Assembly: GCA_025360005.1 (NCBI GenBank)
Contig: JANYDA010000057.1
Span: 15,065 to 79,064 of the forward strand
Length of the DNA stretch: 64,000 nucleotides
Reading direction: 5' to 3'
Origin: Fibrobacteria bacterium
GTDB lineage: Bacteria; Fibrobacterota; Fibrobacteria; UBA11236
In this document: piece after piece, positions 38,157 through 47,886 of the stretch
Layout: the number at the start of each line of letters is the position of its first letter
Numbering within the stretch: the stretch's first letter is position 1
Program-made: the position numbers and the translations under genes
Notes under the pieces: model-generated
Told to the model about the DNA's origin: nothing
The model's input: only the letters and a program-made list of their open reading frames with translations
The model's database searches: none

Positions 38157-40010
38157 ATGGGAAATGCACGGGACACGCTGACCGCGGTAATCTTTTCGGG
38201 TGCGATTGGGCTGGCGGCAATCCGTTCGCAGGCCGCGCCGCTTATCGGCGCCATCGCCAAGTCCGCCGAGAGCGTGGGGCGTTACGATAAGCTGGAACTG
38301 ACGGTAGCCTTGGGCGGATCCTACGCAAATCCCTTTGATCCCGACCAAATCGATCTTTCCGCGCAGTTCACTTCGCCCTCCGGAAAGCCTTGGAAGGTGA
38401 ACGGGTTCTTCGACGGATCGAAATGGAAAATCCGCTTCGCGGCCAATGAAACCGGGGCCTGGACCTACCTGGTCACGGCCAAGGACGCTTCCGGATCGGG
38501 CCAGGGCTCCCCGGGCGCATTCGTCTGCGCCGGCTCCCCTTCGCACGGATGGGTCCGCGTCGCCCCCAATAGACGCTACCTGAGATACGATGACGGCACC
38601 AGTTTTTATGGTATAGGATCCTGCCACGCCTGGGGCGTTTCCGCCAACTCCCTGGACCAGATGAGGGACCTGGGCTTCAACACCTATGTGTACTGGAACG
38701 GGACTTACGACGGCAACGGCGGCGGCAATCTCATCGAGTCCAACGCATCCGGACTGGGCAGGTACGATCAGGGCAAATGCGCCCGCATCGACAATCTCCT
38801 GGAGATGTCGGAAGCCCGCAATCTCACCATGATCCTGGTGATCCTGCCGCACGATTATGCCAGCGAGAACATGGGGGGCTGGCCCTCCGCATGGCAATCG
38901 AATCCGTACAAAGGCATAGTCAGTTGCGGCCAATATTACAGCAGCGCCTCGTCCTGGGCCTATCAGCAGAAGCAATACCGCTACATCATCGCGCGTTGGG
39001 GCTATAGCCGCGGTTTGTCCGCTTGGCAGACGGTCGATGAGATTTCCGGGACCTGCGGCTGGAAGGCCGACCAGGCCGGGGCCGAAGCATGGACAGGCAA
39101 GATCGGAGCCTTTTTCCAGGCCAACGATCCCTTCCGCCATCCTACCACGGCTTCCCACGGGGACTATTGGGACGTAGGTAACAAAGCGAACGATTTCTCC
39201 AATACCGAGGTCTACGGGAATTACGCCACCGCCAATATCGCGGCCACCATCCAGAAGCTGTGGAACGGGTACGCCAAACCCGCCATCATGGGCGAGACGG
39301 GCGCCGATAATGACGGGCCTACCGCGCACCGGAAGATCTGGGCCGGTTTGGCCGCCGGTATCGCAATCACCCCTTTGCTCTGGCAATTCAACCAGGGATG
39401 GAACGCCGCCATCTCCTCCCAGTACGCGCCCTTCGTGAAGTTCACCGCCGGGATCGATTTCGCGGCGTTGACGTCGCCGGCGCAGGCCAAGGTCACCGTA
39501 CCAGGAGCCATCGGCTACGCCATCGCGAGCGACCAAGTGGCTTTCGGCTGGATCACGGGGGACATTTCCGGCAAGATGGCCGCCATGGGCGGATTGGCGG
39601 ACGGGAATGCCAGCGTGCAATGGTACGATTGCTCCACCGGCAACCTGTTGGCCAGCACCCCGGCCGTCATTTCCGGGGGTAACCTGTCGGTTGCGGTACC
39701 GTCCACCGCCCAGACGGATCTGGCCTTCAAGATCATCGGTCCGGGAACGGGCGTCCGCCCGGCGGTTTCCGCGCATTCCGGATCGGGATGGGAACCGGAC
39801 TACGCCGACGGGTTGCTTACCTTCGGCCGGCCCGGGGCGGAAAAAGCGGAAATGAAAATCATCTCCGCCCGCGGCCGCACGGTATTTGCGGGAACGGCGG
39901 CCGGTAACGGACGGGTTACGGTGGCGGTGGGAAAGTTGGAATCGGGCGTCTATTGGCTGGAGTCCGGCAAAACGGGCGGCAAGACCTTCAACAGGTTCCT
40001 GGTCCGATAG
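38157..40010 (+). CDS. DUF5060 + glycoside hydrolase family 5-like secreted protein with T9SS C-terminal domain
   Basis: N-terminal DUF5060 (VGRYDKLELTVALGG...NPFDP), central cellulase-family region, C-terminus KIISARGRTVFAGT...SGVYWLESGKTGGKTFNRFLV (Por_Secre_tail-like). Confidence 0.65.
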   Translation: MGNARDTLTAVIFSGAIGLAAIRSQAAPLIGAIAKSAESVGRYDKLELTVALGGSYANPFDPDQIDLSAQFTSPSGKPWKVNGFFDGSKWKIRFAANETGAWTYLVTAKDASGSGQGSPGAFVCAGSPSHGWVRVAPNRRYLRYDDGTSFYGIGSCHAWGVSANSLDQMRDLGFNTYVYWNGTYDGNGGGNLIESNASGLGRYDQGKCARIDNLLEMSEARNLTMILVILPHDYASENMGGWPSAWQSNPYKGIVSCGQYYSSASSWAYQQKQYRYIIARWGYSRGLSAWQTVDEISGTCGWKADQAGAEAWTGKIGAFFQANDPFRHPTTASHGDYWDVGNKANDFSNTEVYGNYATANIAATIQKLWNGYAKPAIMGETGADNDGPTAHRKIWAGLAAGIAITPLLWQFNQGWNAAISSQYAPFVKFTAGIDFAALTSPAQAKVTVPGAIGYAIASDQVAFGWITGDISGKMAAMGGLADGNASVQWYDCSTGNLLASTPAVISGGNLSVAVPSTAQTDLAFKIIGPGTGVRPAVSAHSGSGWEPDYADGLLTFGRPGAEKAEMKIISARGRTVFAGTAAGNGRVTVAVGKLESGVYWLESGKTGGKTFNRFLVR

Positions 40011-40058
40011 TACCTGGCCAGCCCGTTTCGGAATCATAACGAAAGAGAAGGATTTCCC

Positions 40059-41270
40059 ATGATCTTCGGCGATGCCATCGTGCGCGCTTCTAAGCGGGGG
40101 GTTTCCGCGCTTGTTTTTTCCGTCCTCTGCTTGGGAGCCCCAAAGGTTGCCATTGCCCTGGCGCCAGCCAACCCCAATGCCATCGATGATGCGAAAAAAA
40201 TCCTGAATTATTTCGTTTCCTTGCCGGATCGCGCCGATGGGAAGGTGATCTCCGGGCAATTCGCGGGCTGGGGAAACGATCTCCCCAACGGTTACCAGAA
40301 CGATGTGGTCAACCTCGACAAAAGCGCCGGGAAATGGGTGGCCATGATGGGAACGGACTGGCACGACTTCTCCAGCGGTTCCGGATTCAAGCCTCAGGAG
40401 CTGATCAATTGGTGGAAGGCCGGCGGCATCGTAACGGTGGATTACCATTTCGATAATCCTTTCGTGGGCGGCGGGGCCTGGACGACCACCGGGGACCTGT
40501 CAGAACTGCTGGTTTCCGGAAGCGCATCCAATAGGAAATGGATGGCGACGCTGGATCAAACCGCCTCCAACCTCAAGACTTTGCAGGATGCGGGCGTGGT
40601 GGTACTATGGCGTCCCTTCCACGAACAGAACGGGGGATGGTTCTGGTGGGGCAATAAGAACCAGGCCGATTTCGTGGCGTTATGGAAACAGATGTTCGCC
40701 TATTTCACCAAGACCAAGGGATTGAACAATCTCCTCTGGGTCTTCGCGCCCAATTACGGCAGCAACGTCACGAAATATTATCCCGGGCCGGCTTATGTCG
40801 ACATCGTGGGTCTGGACGCCTATTTCGACGCGCCCAAGACCCTGAGCATCACCGGCTATGCGGAGATGGCGGCGCTCGGCAAGCCTTTCGGCCTTACGGA
40901 ATTCGGCGGAGTCCCCGCCGCCGGCGGCAGCAATCACGTTTTCAACAACCAGGTTTTGATCAACGAAATACGGGCCAAGTACCCCATGATCTCCTTCTTC
41001 ATGAATTGGCATTGCCCCTGGTCCATCTATTGCCAGGATAACGCGGCCGCTTTGCTGAACGATTCCTGGGTGATTACCCGCGATGAACTCGATTGGAAGA
41101 ACGCACCTGTGGTGGGCGTGATGCAAAAGGGATCGGCCCCCGGATACCGGGCCGCCAAGGGCCGCGTTCCAGGCGGCGGCGTGCGCGAGGGCTATTCCAT
41201 CCAGGGCAGGGAGGTGGAGACCACGCCGCCGGCCTCACCCCAATACTTTCGCCTTAACCTTAACCCCTAA
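40059..41270 (+). CDS. Glycoside hydrolase family 26 (beta-mannanase)
   Basis: GH26 signature VLWRPFHEQNGGWFWWG and catalytic-region TEFG. Confidence 0.9.
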   Translation: MIFGDAIVRASKRGVSALVFSVLCLGAPKVAIALAPANPNAIDDAKKILNYFVSLPDRADGKVISGQFAGWGNDLPNGYQNDVVNLDKSAGKWVAMMGTDWHDFSSGSGFKPQELINWWKAGGIVTVDYHFDNPFVGGGAWTTTGDLSELLVSGSASNRKWMATLDQTASNLKTLQDAGVVVLWRPFHEQNGGWFWWGNKNQADFVALWKQMFAYFTKTKGLNNLLWVFAPNYGSNVTKYYPGPAYVDIVGLDAYFDAPKTLSITGYAEMAALGKPFGLTEFGGVPAAGGSNHVFNNQVLINEIRAKYPMISFFMNWHCPWSIYCQDNAAALLNDSWVITRDELDWKNAPVVGVMQKGSAPGYRAAKGRVPGGGVREGYSIQGREVETTPPASPQYFRLNLNP

Positions 41271-41314
41271 CCCGTATCCTTAACCCTGTTATGCCGCCCG
41301 GGTAGGCCGGAGGC

Positions 41315-42436
41315 TCACAACCCAGGCAGTATCCTGATCCTCTGACCGCTCACGTCATAGGCATGGACTCCGTCGGAAAAGACCGGCACTGCATTCACCT
41401 CCGTCACCCGGCCCTGGTCCACGCGGAAGGCTTTCGTCATTTCCATGATCCCGGCGATGGCGCTGTTCTTGGTCCGGATCTCCTCGCGCACCCAGGTTCC
41501 GGAAGCGCTCAGGTTTCCCGCGTTCCAACCGCCGTTGCCGCTGGCGCCGGGCTTCAGGGCCGCGGAGGTTTCCCCCAAATCCGCCACGGACCAATTCATC
41601 CAACTGACTGAATTCTGATCCAGGAAGGTAGTCCAGCGCCGCATCTCCGTCGTGTCCAGCTTGCCGTTGCCGGTGGCTTCGCTGGCGCCGCCTTCCGTGA
41701 CCAGCAAGGGTATGCCGTTGTCGAGCGCAGCCTGGGCTTTGCTGCGAAAGGATTGCTTGTGGGTGGCCGCGTAGAAGTGCAGGGTATAGACAATGTTCTT
41801 GCTGCTGGTGATGGGGTTCTTCGCGGCTTCGTCCACGTCCTGGTCCCAACTGCGGGTTCCGCAAAGGATCAGGTTCTCGGGATCGTTGGCGCGGATAACG
41901 GGGATGATGGCCTCATGGTAGGGTTTGATCACGCTGGCCCAGGCATGCGATGACAGCGGTTCGTTCCAGGTCTCGTAGATGATATTGGGAATGTCTTTGT
42001 AAGTCTGGGAGAGGTCCTGGAAGAACTTCTTGGACGTGGCTAGATCGTTGTTGCCGTTCCCGGTTTCATGGAAGTCCACCACCACGTACATCCCCAGATC
42101 GATGGCCGCCTGAACCACGGCTTTGGCTTTGGCCATTTCTTTGTCGGGATTCGCCTGGTAGCCGCCGGAACCCACCGCCATGGTGGCGCGGATGATATTG
42201 CATTTCCAATCGTCCCGGAGCCATTTCAGGCAGGCCGCGTTGTAGAAGGCCGGTTTCCATTGGCTCCAATACAAAGCCATGCCGCGGAACTGGACGGGCG
42301 CCCCGTTCTTGTCGACGATGCGGTTGCCCTGCACGCTGAGCCGGCCATGCATTGCCACCGCCGTTTGCGCCTCTACCGATGCCAAGGCCAAGCCGCTGGC
42401 AAGGGCCATGAGCGCGAAGCGGGTTTGTGTTTTCAT
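41315..42436 (-). CDS. Glycoside hydrolase family 5 endoglucanase (cellulase)
   Basis: Signal peptide; IYETWNEP (acid/base) and LVTEGG (nucleophile) motifs of GH5. Confidence 0.9.
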   Translation of the reverse strand: MKTQTRFALMALASGLALASVEAQTAVAMHGRLSVQGNRIVDKNGAPVQFRGMALYWSQWKPAFYNAACLKWLRDDWKCNIIRATMAVGSGGYQANPDKEMAKAKAVVQAAIDLGMYVVVDFHETGNGNNDLATSKKFFQDLSQTYKDIPNIIYETWNEPLSSHAWASVIKPYHEAIIPVIRANDPENLILCGTRSWDQDVDEAAKNPITSSKNIVYTLHFYAATHKQSFRSKAQAALDNGIPLLVTEGGASEATGNGKLDTTEMRRWTTFLDQNSVSWMNWSVADLGETSAALKPGASGNGGWNAGNLSASGTWVREEIRTKNSAIAGIMEMTKAFRVDQGRVTEVNAVPVFSDGVHAYDVSGQRIRILPGL

Positions 42437-43689
42437 GGCGAGACCTTCCCGAGGATGGTTTTTTCATATTCCCGCAAAGGAATGCGGGCTCCGTTGACGT
42501 GATACCCGCCAAGGGCCGGCGAGGCGGGATACGGGTCGGCCAGGCCGGACGCAAACGGTTGCGATCCGCGCGCCCGGGCTTGCGGGCGCTGTAGATCCGC
42601 GGAGTTGGCCAGGGGCAGGGAGGCTACGTTTTCCGCCCATAGCCTTTGTATGCTGGCATACCCGGTGGCATTGGGATGCACGCCATCCGGACCCAATTCC
42701 TGGGGATGCTTCAGGAACCAGGAGTAGAGGTCCGGGCCCGAAGGCAAGGAACGGGCCTTGGCAAGGGAATCAATTAAGACGAGATAAGCCGCATCGACCT
42801 GCCATTTGGCTACGGAGGGGTCGGTGGCCGTGAAGCGCGCCAGTACCGGCTGCAAACCATGCGCCTGCAGCGAATCCAGGATTTTGATCATGGCGGCTTT
42901 GTAATCCGGCATGTTGGCGGTGCCGCCGCCCCAGGCATCGTTGGTGCCCAAGGAAAGCCCCCACATGGTGGCGCCTTCCCCCATGGCTATATAACGGGTG
43001 ATGTCTTTGGAGACGTCATGGGCCTTGATGCAAGCGATCCCGGCCCGCACCAGCGGGGGTACCCTGCCCGGTACCGCTTTGGCCACCAGGGTGGAGAAAT
43101 CGGATCCGGCCGGCATCAGGCTTTTGAAGGCCCCGGCCGTGATGCTGTTGCCCACGATGATCCAACCTTCCGGATTGGGTTGCGAAGCGTCGAAGATCTG
43201 GACTTCGTCCAGGCTGCCCTGGCCTTTGGCGATCTTGAGCTTGACCCAGCTTCGGCCCTGGAATGCCACGTAATGCATGCGGCTGGTGACGGGGTTGGCG
43301 GTGATCCTCACGGCTGGGGTCCAGTCGCCGTCCACGCCGTCGCTGGAATTGGAGGAAACGTCGATCTCGTAGTCGACAGGCCTTTCCGTGATCGCGCCCG
43401 TGCAGGATCCGGTAGGAGCCAACTCGCCCGACCAGTAGTAGACCGGGGCGTTCCAAGAGAACAAAAGGCGGGTGGGGCCCGGGGGTATCTTGTAGGCTAC
43501 CCAGGAACCGTTGGTTATTTGCCAGCCGCCGTTGAACCAGCGGCCGTCGGCGAGGAAATTCAGGCCGGTGGTAGGGCTTCCGGCGGGAGTAATTCCTTTG
43601 GAAAGCAGCGGCGCCGGTTGGACAGCCGCGTACGCCCGGGCCAGCATCAGCGCGCATAGGATGGGTTTGGAAATGTTTTTCGCAAGCAT
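42433..43689 (-). CDS. SGNH/GDSL hydrolase (carbohydrate esterase) with N-terminal carbohydrate-binding-like domain
   Basis: GWIIVGNSITAG (block I Ser), SLGTNDA, DGVHPN (block V); ATGA-coupled to the downstream GH5 gene. Confidence 0.7.
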   Translation of the reverse strand: MLAKNISKPILCALMLARAYAAVQPAPLLSKGITPAGSPTTGLNFLADGRWFNGGWQITNGSWVAYKIPPGPTRLLFSWNAPVYYWSGELAPTGSCTGAITERPVDYEIDVSSNSSDGVDGDWTPAVRITANPVTSRMHYVAFQGRSWVKLKIAKGQGSLDEVQIFDASQPNPEGWIIVGNSITAGAFKSLMPAGSDFSTLVAKAVPGRVPPLVRAGIACIKAHDVSKDITRYIAMGEGATMWGLSLGTNDAWGGGTANMPDYKAAMIKILDSLQAHGLQPVLARFTATDPSVAKWQVDAAYLVLIDSLAKARSLPSGPDLYSWFLKHPQELGPDGVHPNATGYASIQRLWAENVASLPLANSADLQRPQARARGSQPFASGLADPYPASPALGGYHVNGARIPLREYEKTILGKVSP

Positions 43690-43981
43690 CGTTTTTGTTT
43701 GTCGGAATGGACTCCGTCATCCCTGCATGCAAGATAGGGGGTAAATGGGGAAATATCTGCCGGAAGACAAGGAACCCATTGTAAATAGTAGACATGGGAG
43801 AAAGTCGGGCAATAGCCGCACGAAATCGGCTCTTACGGGGAATTCCCGATCGCAAAAAAGCAAAGCAGCCCAATCCGCTTGGGAAGCAATGCCATCCGGA
43901 TCGGGTTTACCCGGAAAGACGATGGGCAACGGCCATTGGCCGGCACCCAAAAAATGTGCGGGCGGTTTGGGGTTTATCCGC

Positions 43982-45526
43982 TCAGGGATGGAACTCGGAA
44001 AGATTGCCCTTCCGGCTGCCGTTCACGGCCCGCAAATCATGGTAGCTCCCCCAAGGAGCCAGCCAAATCCGGGCGCCGCCGAATCCCATGGTTCCGGCAT
44101 GGAGGGCGGTGGGGACGGTGTACATGCCGGATCCCGGTCCCTGGGTAAGACCCGTCGGCGCGCCGGTTTCCACGGCGCCCATATCGGGCGCTCCTTGGTA
44201 ATATTTCGCCGCGTCGAAAGGAAGCGCACCCGCAGGGACCGCTCCGGCATTGGCCAATTTGCTACCGGCCGCCAAGCGGAAAGGATCGAAGATCAGGTTG
44301 CCGTCGGCGCGCCGGGTGATTTTAATCGCGGCCAGGGAAGCCGCGAAGTCCGACGCCGTCGCCACCAGACCCTTGCCGTTGACGCTACTCGGGGTTTTGG
44401 ATTTGTCCCACCAGCAATTGGAATTGGCGACATCGGTCCCGATATGCTTGTCGCTTTGCGCATTTGCCGGCTGGGTCCAGAAGGAAATGTTGTTGGTGAA
44501 TACCGCTTCCGTGGCCACGGAGTTGGTTCCGAAATTGAAATTGCCCTCAACGTTGTCGAAGGCCAGGTTATTGGACACGCGGATGGCGCCGGGATTGCTG
44601 TTCCAGGTGAACCCGTTCTTGCCGTTGGAAAACGCCACGCAGCGCGTCACCACGTGCGCCACCGCGATTTTGTCGCCTCCCAGCTTGAAGCCGTTGCGAT
44701 CACCGTTGGCGTTGGTGGTTCCGTCGGTCAAGGTGCCGTTGGAATAGGAGATGCATTGATCGAGGACTACCGTCCCTATCGGCCCCGTTTCAGGCTTGGT
44801 GAAAAGGTCCCAGCCATCGTCGATGTTGTTATGCGAAACGCAACCGAGGAAGACATTGCCGCTCCCGGCCGTGAGCTTGCAGGCGAACCCGTCCGCGTTT
44901 TCGCCCGAGCCGGGAGGCGCATCGTAGTTGTCATAGGACTCGCAGTTCAGGATGAGGTTGTCCGAGGGCCATTCGGTATTGGGGGCATCGGCCTTCCAGC
45001 GGCCTATCTGCAGCCCGGTGTCCCGGTTCTTATGGGTCACGCAACCTTCCACGATATTATGGCTGCCGGCTACGTAGATGCCGTTGTCGGCTGAGCCTTT
45101 GACCTCCAGTCCGCGCACATGCCAGTAGGAACCGTCGATTTGCAGGCCGCGCGGATTGCTCGCCGCGGCGTACGGTTCGGTGGAGAAATCCAGCACCGGT
45201 TTTTCCCCTGCCGCGGCGAACAGGCATTTCATCTTGCCGGCCGTACCGCCGGCGGTACGCTCCAGGGTAACCTGCGCGTTAAGCGCATAGACTCCGCCCT
45301 TCAGCTGGATGGTGTCGCCCGGCGCCGAGACCAGGATGGCCGCGGCCAGGGTGGTGGGCTGATTGGCCGCGCCGGAAGCGGATGCGGAGCCGTCGGCCGC
45401 CGCGACGATGATTTTGGCTTGGCCGGGAACCACGGCCGCCGCCAGCAGGCAAGCCAGGCCGCATAGCCAATGCGATGGGAAGGAAATCCATTTTTTCCCG
45501 TTCCGTCCATCCATATACTCATTCAT
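43982..45526 (-). CDS. Right-handed beta-helix pectate lyase-like protein (PL9-like)
   Basis: YVAGSHNIVEGCVTHKNRDTGLQI ... NADGFACKL ... GNVFLGCVSHNNIDDGWDLF parallel beta-helix repeats. Start chosen at MNEY (RBS AAAGGA); alternative ATGs at 45541 and 45559. Confidence 0.65.
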   Translation of the reverse strand: MNEYMDGRNGKKWISFPSHWLCGLACLLAAAVVPGQAKIIVAAADGSASASGAANQPTTLAAAILVSAPGDTIQLKGGVYALNAQVTLERTAGGTAGKMKCLFAAAGEKPVLDFSTEPYAAASNPRGLQIDGSYWHVRGLEVKGSADNGIYVAGSHNIVEGCVTHKNRDTGLQIGRWKADAPNTEWPSDNLILNCESYDNYDAPPGSGENADGFACKLTAGSGNVFLGCVSHNNIDDGWDLFTKPETGPIGTVVLDQCISYSNGTLTDGTTNANGDRNGFKLGGDKIAVAHVVTRCVAFSNGKNGFTWNSNPGAIRVSNNLAFDNVEGNFNFGTNSVATEAVFTNNISFWTQPANAQSDKHIGTDVANSNCWWDKSKTPSSVNGKGLVATASDFAASLAAIKITRRADGNLIFDPFRLAAGSKLANAGAVPAGALPFDAAKYYQGAPDMGAVETGAPTGLTQGPGSGMYTVPTALHAGTMGFGGARIWLAPWGSYHDLRAVNGSRKGNLSEFHP

Positions 45527-45624
45527 GTTAGATCCTTTCATATGGCTGACAGTTTTCATTTTGGACAAATTCCTTTCCAGGCCGGGGCGGGAACCGCCTT
45601 GGCCTAACGCTCCATTCGGTTCGC

Positions 45625-46428
45625 TCAAGGAACCGGGACTGGATTTACCTGGGGATTTTCCTTCCAAACCTTGGAGGAATTGAAGGACTTGAAAAAGCTG
45701 GCTTTCAGGGCCAGGAACAGATCCGGATTATGCTCCAAATCCATGATGGCCACTCGAGCGCCCGTCTTATCGGGATAGGTCACCGCATCCTGTATGTTCA
45801 CCGCCATCGCCCATTTGGTGGCGAAGAAGATGAATTCCAGATCGTATACCGATTCATGCCGCCACTTTTCCAACAGATCCTGGGTATAGACCAGGTTGAT
45901 TTTATACTCATCCGGCAATTGCCAGAGGAACGGAATGAGTTTGCCTCCGGATTCCCAAGTGCCTTTGATATAGCCGCGATCGGGGAAGGAGGCGAAGTCC
46001 AGCGTGTCCGGCCACAAGGTATCATGCGCCGGGATGCGGGACTCCAGTTTCATGATGGTCCAGGATCCGATCGGGACCTGCACGGGCGGCAGGCGGGCGG
46101 TGGTGTCGTGGCCGGTGAAATCGATGCTCCGGCCCATGGAATCGGGCACTTTCCAGATCCGGCCTTCCAGGCTGTCCGTGGTCCGGTAGTTCACTTCCAC
46201 TACGTTGAAATAGAATCGGAGTATGTGCACGCTTGGCGTATCTACCACGGACGGCTTGGCCGCTCCCGTTTTGGGCAGCGTGGCCGGTTCTCCCACGTAG
46301 TCGATGGAGAAATTGGCGTTGATCTCCTGGGTCTTGCCCGGATTGCCGACCTCGGTATAGCAGGCCATCAACCCCGCGCCGGCCAATGCGGCGAGGACCA
46401 GGGAGGCGCGGCTGAGGGGGCCTTTCAT
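45625..46428 (-). CDS. Lipoprotein of unknown function, partner of a TIGR02147 HTH protein
   Basis: MKGPLSRASLVLAALAGAGLMAC lipoprotein signal; ATGA overlap with the upstream HTH gene stop. Confidence 0.55.
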   Translation of the reverse strand: MKGPLSRASLVLAALAGAGLMACYTEVGNPGKTQEINANFSIDYVGEPATLPKTGAAKPSVVDTPSVHILRFYFNVVEVNYRTTDSLEGRIWKVPDSMGRSIDFTGHDTTARLPPVQVPIGSWTIMKLESRIPAHDTLWPDTLDFASFPDRGYIKGTWESGGKLIPFLWQLPDEYKINLVYTQDLLEKWRHESVYDLEFIFFATKWAMAVNIQDAVTYPDKTGARVAIMDLEHNPDLFLALKASFFKSFNSSKVWKENPQVNPVPVP

Positions 46429-47282
46429 ACGCCCTTCCCTTTGTTCAGCGGAAACAGCTGGATGTTCACCTGGACCACGCGCTCGCCATGCCCGTCTTCC
46501 ACGGCGAAGTGGCGCAGCTCTTTGCGCATCAACTGGATTTGCTTTTTGAGTTTTGGAAAATCCTCTTCGCGGATGGCGAAGCTAACCGCCGAAATGTCCC
46601 GCCTTTCCGGCTCCACGCTGTCGATGGACTTCTTGGCCATCTCTATCATCTGCAAATGGTAGTTGCGTACGAAAAGGGGCAACACTTCGTCATCGGTGGT
46701 GATGGCATCATCCACGGCCAGGTAACCATTGGCGGTTTTCTTGATCAATCCGGCTTCCAACAGAAGCTTTAGTGACCCCTGTGCCTCCTTAGGTTCGATC
46801 TTCGGCTGCAATTGGCCCGCAATCCACTCCGGGCTGTTGCGGAAAGTGGATAAGGAAAGCATTTCCCGGATGGCGGAATGGTACCAGGTGCTGAAGATGC
46901 GGAATTGGTTCTCCTCCAGCTTTTTCAACCCGTTCGGCTTCTCGGATTTGAGCAGCCGCTGATAATAGGTGTTCTTTTCGTCCAGCGTCTTCGATTGGTT
47001 GAAGAAGACCAGGTTCTCGAAATATTCCGCGCGGTCCCGCGTGAGTTTCAATGCCATGGAAAGCTTCAGCAAGGTTTTCTTGCTCAGGTTCCGCTTGCCG
47101 TCCAGGACATAACGCATGAGCGTATGGCTGGAGAATCCGGCCTCTTTGGCGAAGGCGCGCACGGAAAAGCGCGAATCGGTTTGCTTACGGGCGGCATGGA
47201 CATCCGCCAGGTAAAGGCGGTAGTTGGTGTAGTTGATGATGTCGGGTTTTTCCGGCATCCGGGTTAGCTGACTTGTGTCCAT
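46425..47282 (-). CDS. TIGR02147-family HTH protein (second paralog)
   Basis: Start chosen at 47282. YTNYRLYLADVHAARKQTDSRFSVRAFAKEAGFSSHTLMRYVLDGKRNLS...AEYFENLVFFNQSK; ~30% identical over the full length to the 36269–37102 protein. Confidence 0.7.
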   Translation of the reverse strand: MDTSQLTRMPEKPDIINYTNYRLYLADVHAARKQTDSRFSVRAFAKEAGFSSHTLMRYVLDGKRNLSKKTLLKLSMALKLTRDRAEYFENLVFFNQSKTLDEKNTYYQRLLKSEKPNGLKKLEENQFRIFSTWYHSAIREMLSLSTFRNSPEWIAGQLQPKIEPKEAQGSLKLLLEAGLIKKTANGYLAVDDAITTDDEVLPLFVRNYHLQMIEMAKKSIDSVEPERRDISAVSFAIREEDFPKLKKQIQLMRKELRHFAVEDGHGERVVQVNIQLFPLNKGKGV

Positions 47283-47507
47283 TATTGTTAGAATACGGCC
47301 AGAACCCGCGATTTTACTAGAGTTTTTGAACAACCCCGGAAACAATTGTGCCCAGTCTTCCGCTCGCTCCGGCCTCAAAAAAAGCAAACCAGGTCCATGC
47401 TTTTGCGATGCTGGGGAAGGCTATCTTTCATTGAAGCGACTCGATGCCGGCGAAAGGCGGGCTTCTCCCCTGCAAAATATTCGGGAAAGGGGTTAAATTC
47501 CCCGCAT

Positions 47508-47585
47508 CGGGGCGTAGCTCAGTCTGGCTAGAGCATCAGCTTTGGGAGCTGAGGGTCGTTGGTTCGAATCCAGTCGCCCCGACCA
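47508..47585 (+). tRNA. tRNA-Pro (anticodon TGG), CCA encoded
   Basis: Cloverleaf read manually: 7-bp acceptor stem CGGGGCG/CGCCCCG, U8A9, D-arm GCTC...GAGC, anticodon stem CAGCT/AGCTG with loop TTTGGGA (TGG), T-arm GGTTCGAATCC, discriminator A, CCA. Confidence 0.9.
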
Positions 47586-47886
47586 TCTTCAACTTTTTGC
47601 GGTTACATGTCGATGCACCTGTGGTCCATCCTCTACTCTTCCATATAGTTTTTCGGGCTGTCACGGGATCCCGTCCCTTTCCTGCCGGGAGCCGGTGGAA
47701 ATCCCGGAACCCGGATTGCAAATTGGGCGGAGCGGTAGCCTATTACATGCGATTGATCGCTTTGACAAGTGAAACTTACCAGCGGGAAATCCCGCAACGG
47801 GTTATTTTCCTTTCTGGACACGAATACCGTCTTTACATCTCACCCTTATTTCGGAGCCTGCAATGTTGCCCAAGCCGTCTTCTGTC

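Noticed and set aside
38088-40448. 786-aa ORF on the minus strand
   Set aside because: Antisense to the DUF5060/GH5 gene; R/G/P/A-rich low-complexity translation typical of shadow ORFs in high-GC DNA; the plus-strand product has clear family motifs.
43745-45094. 449-aa plus-strand ORF
   Set aside because: Antisense to the PL9-like gene whose beta-helix repeats are unambiguous on the minus strand.
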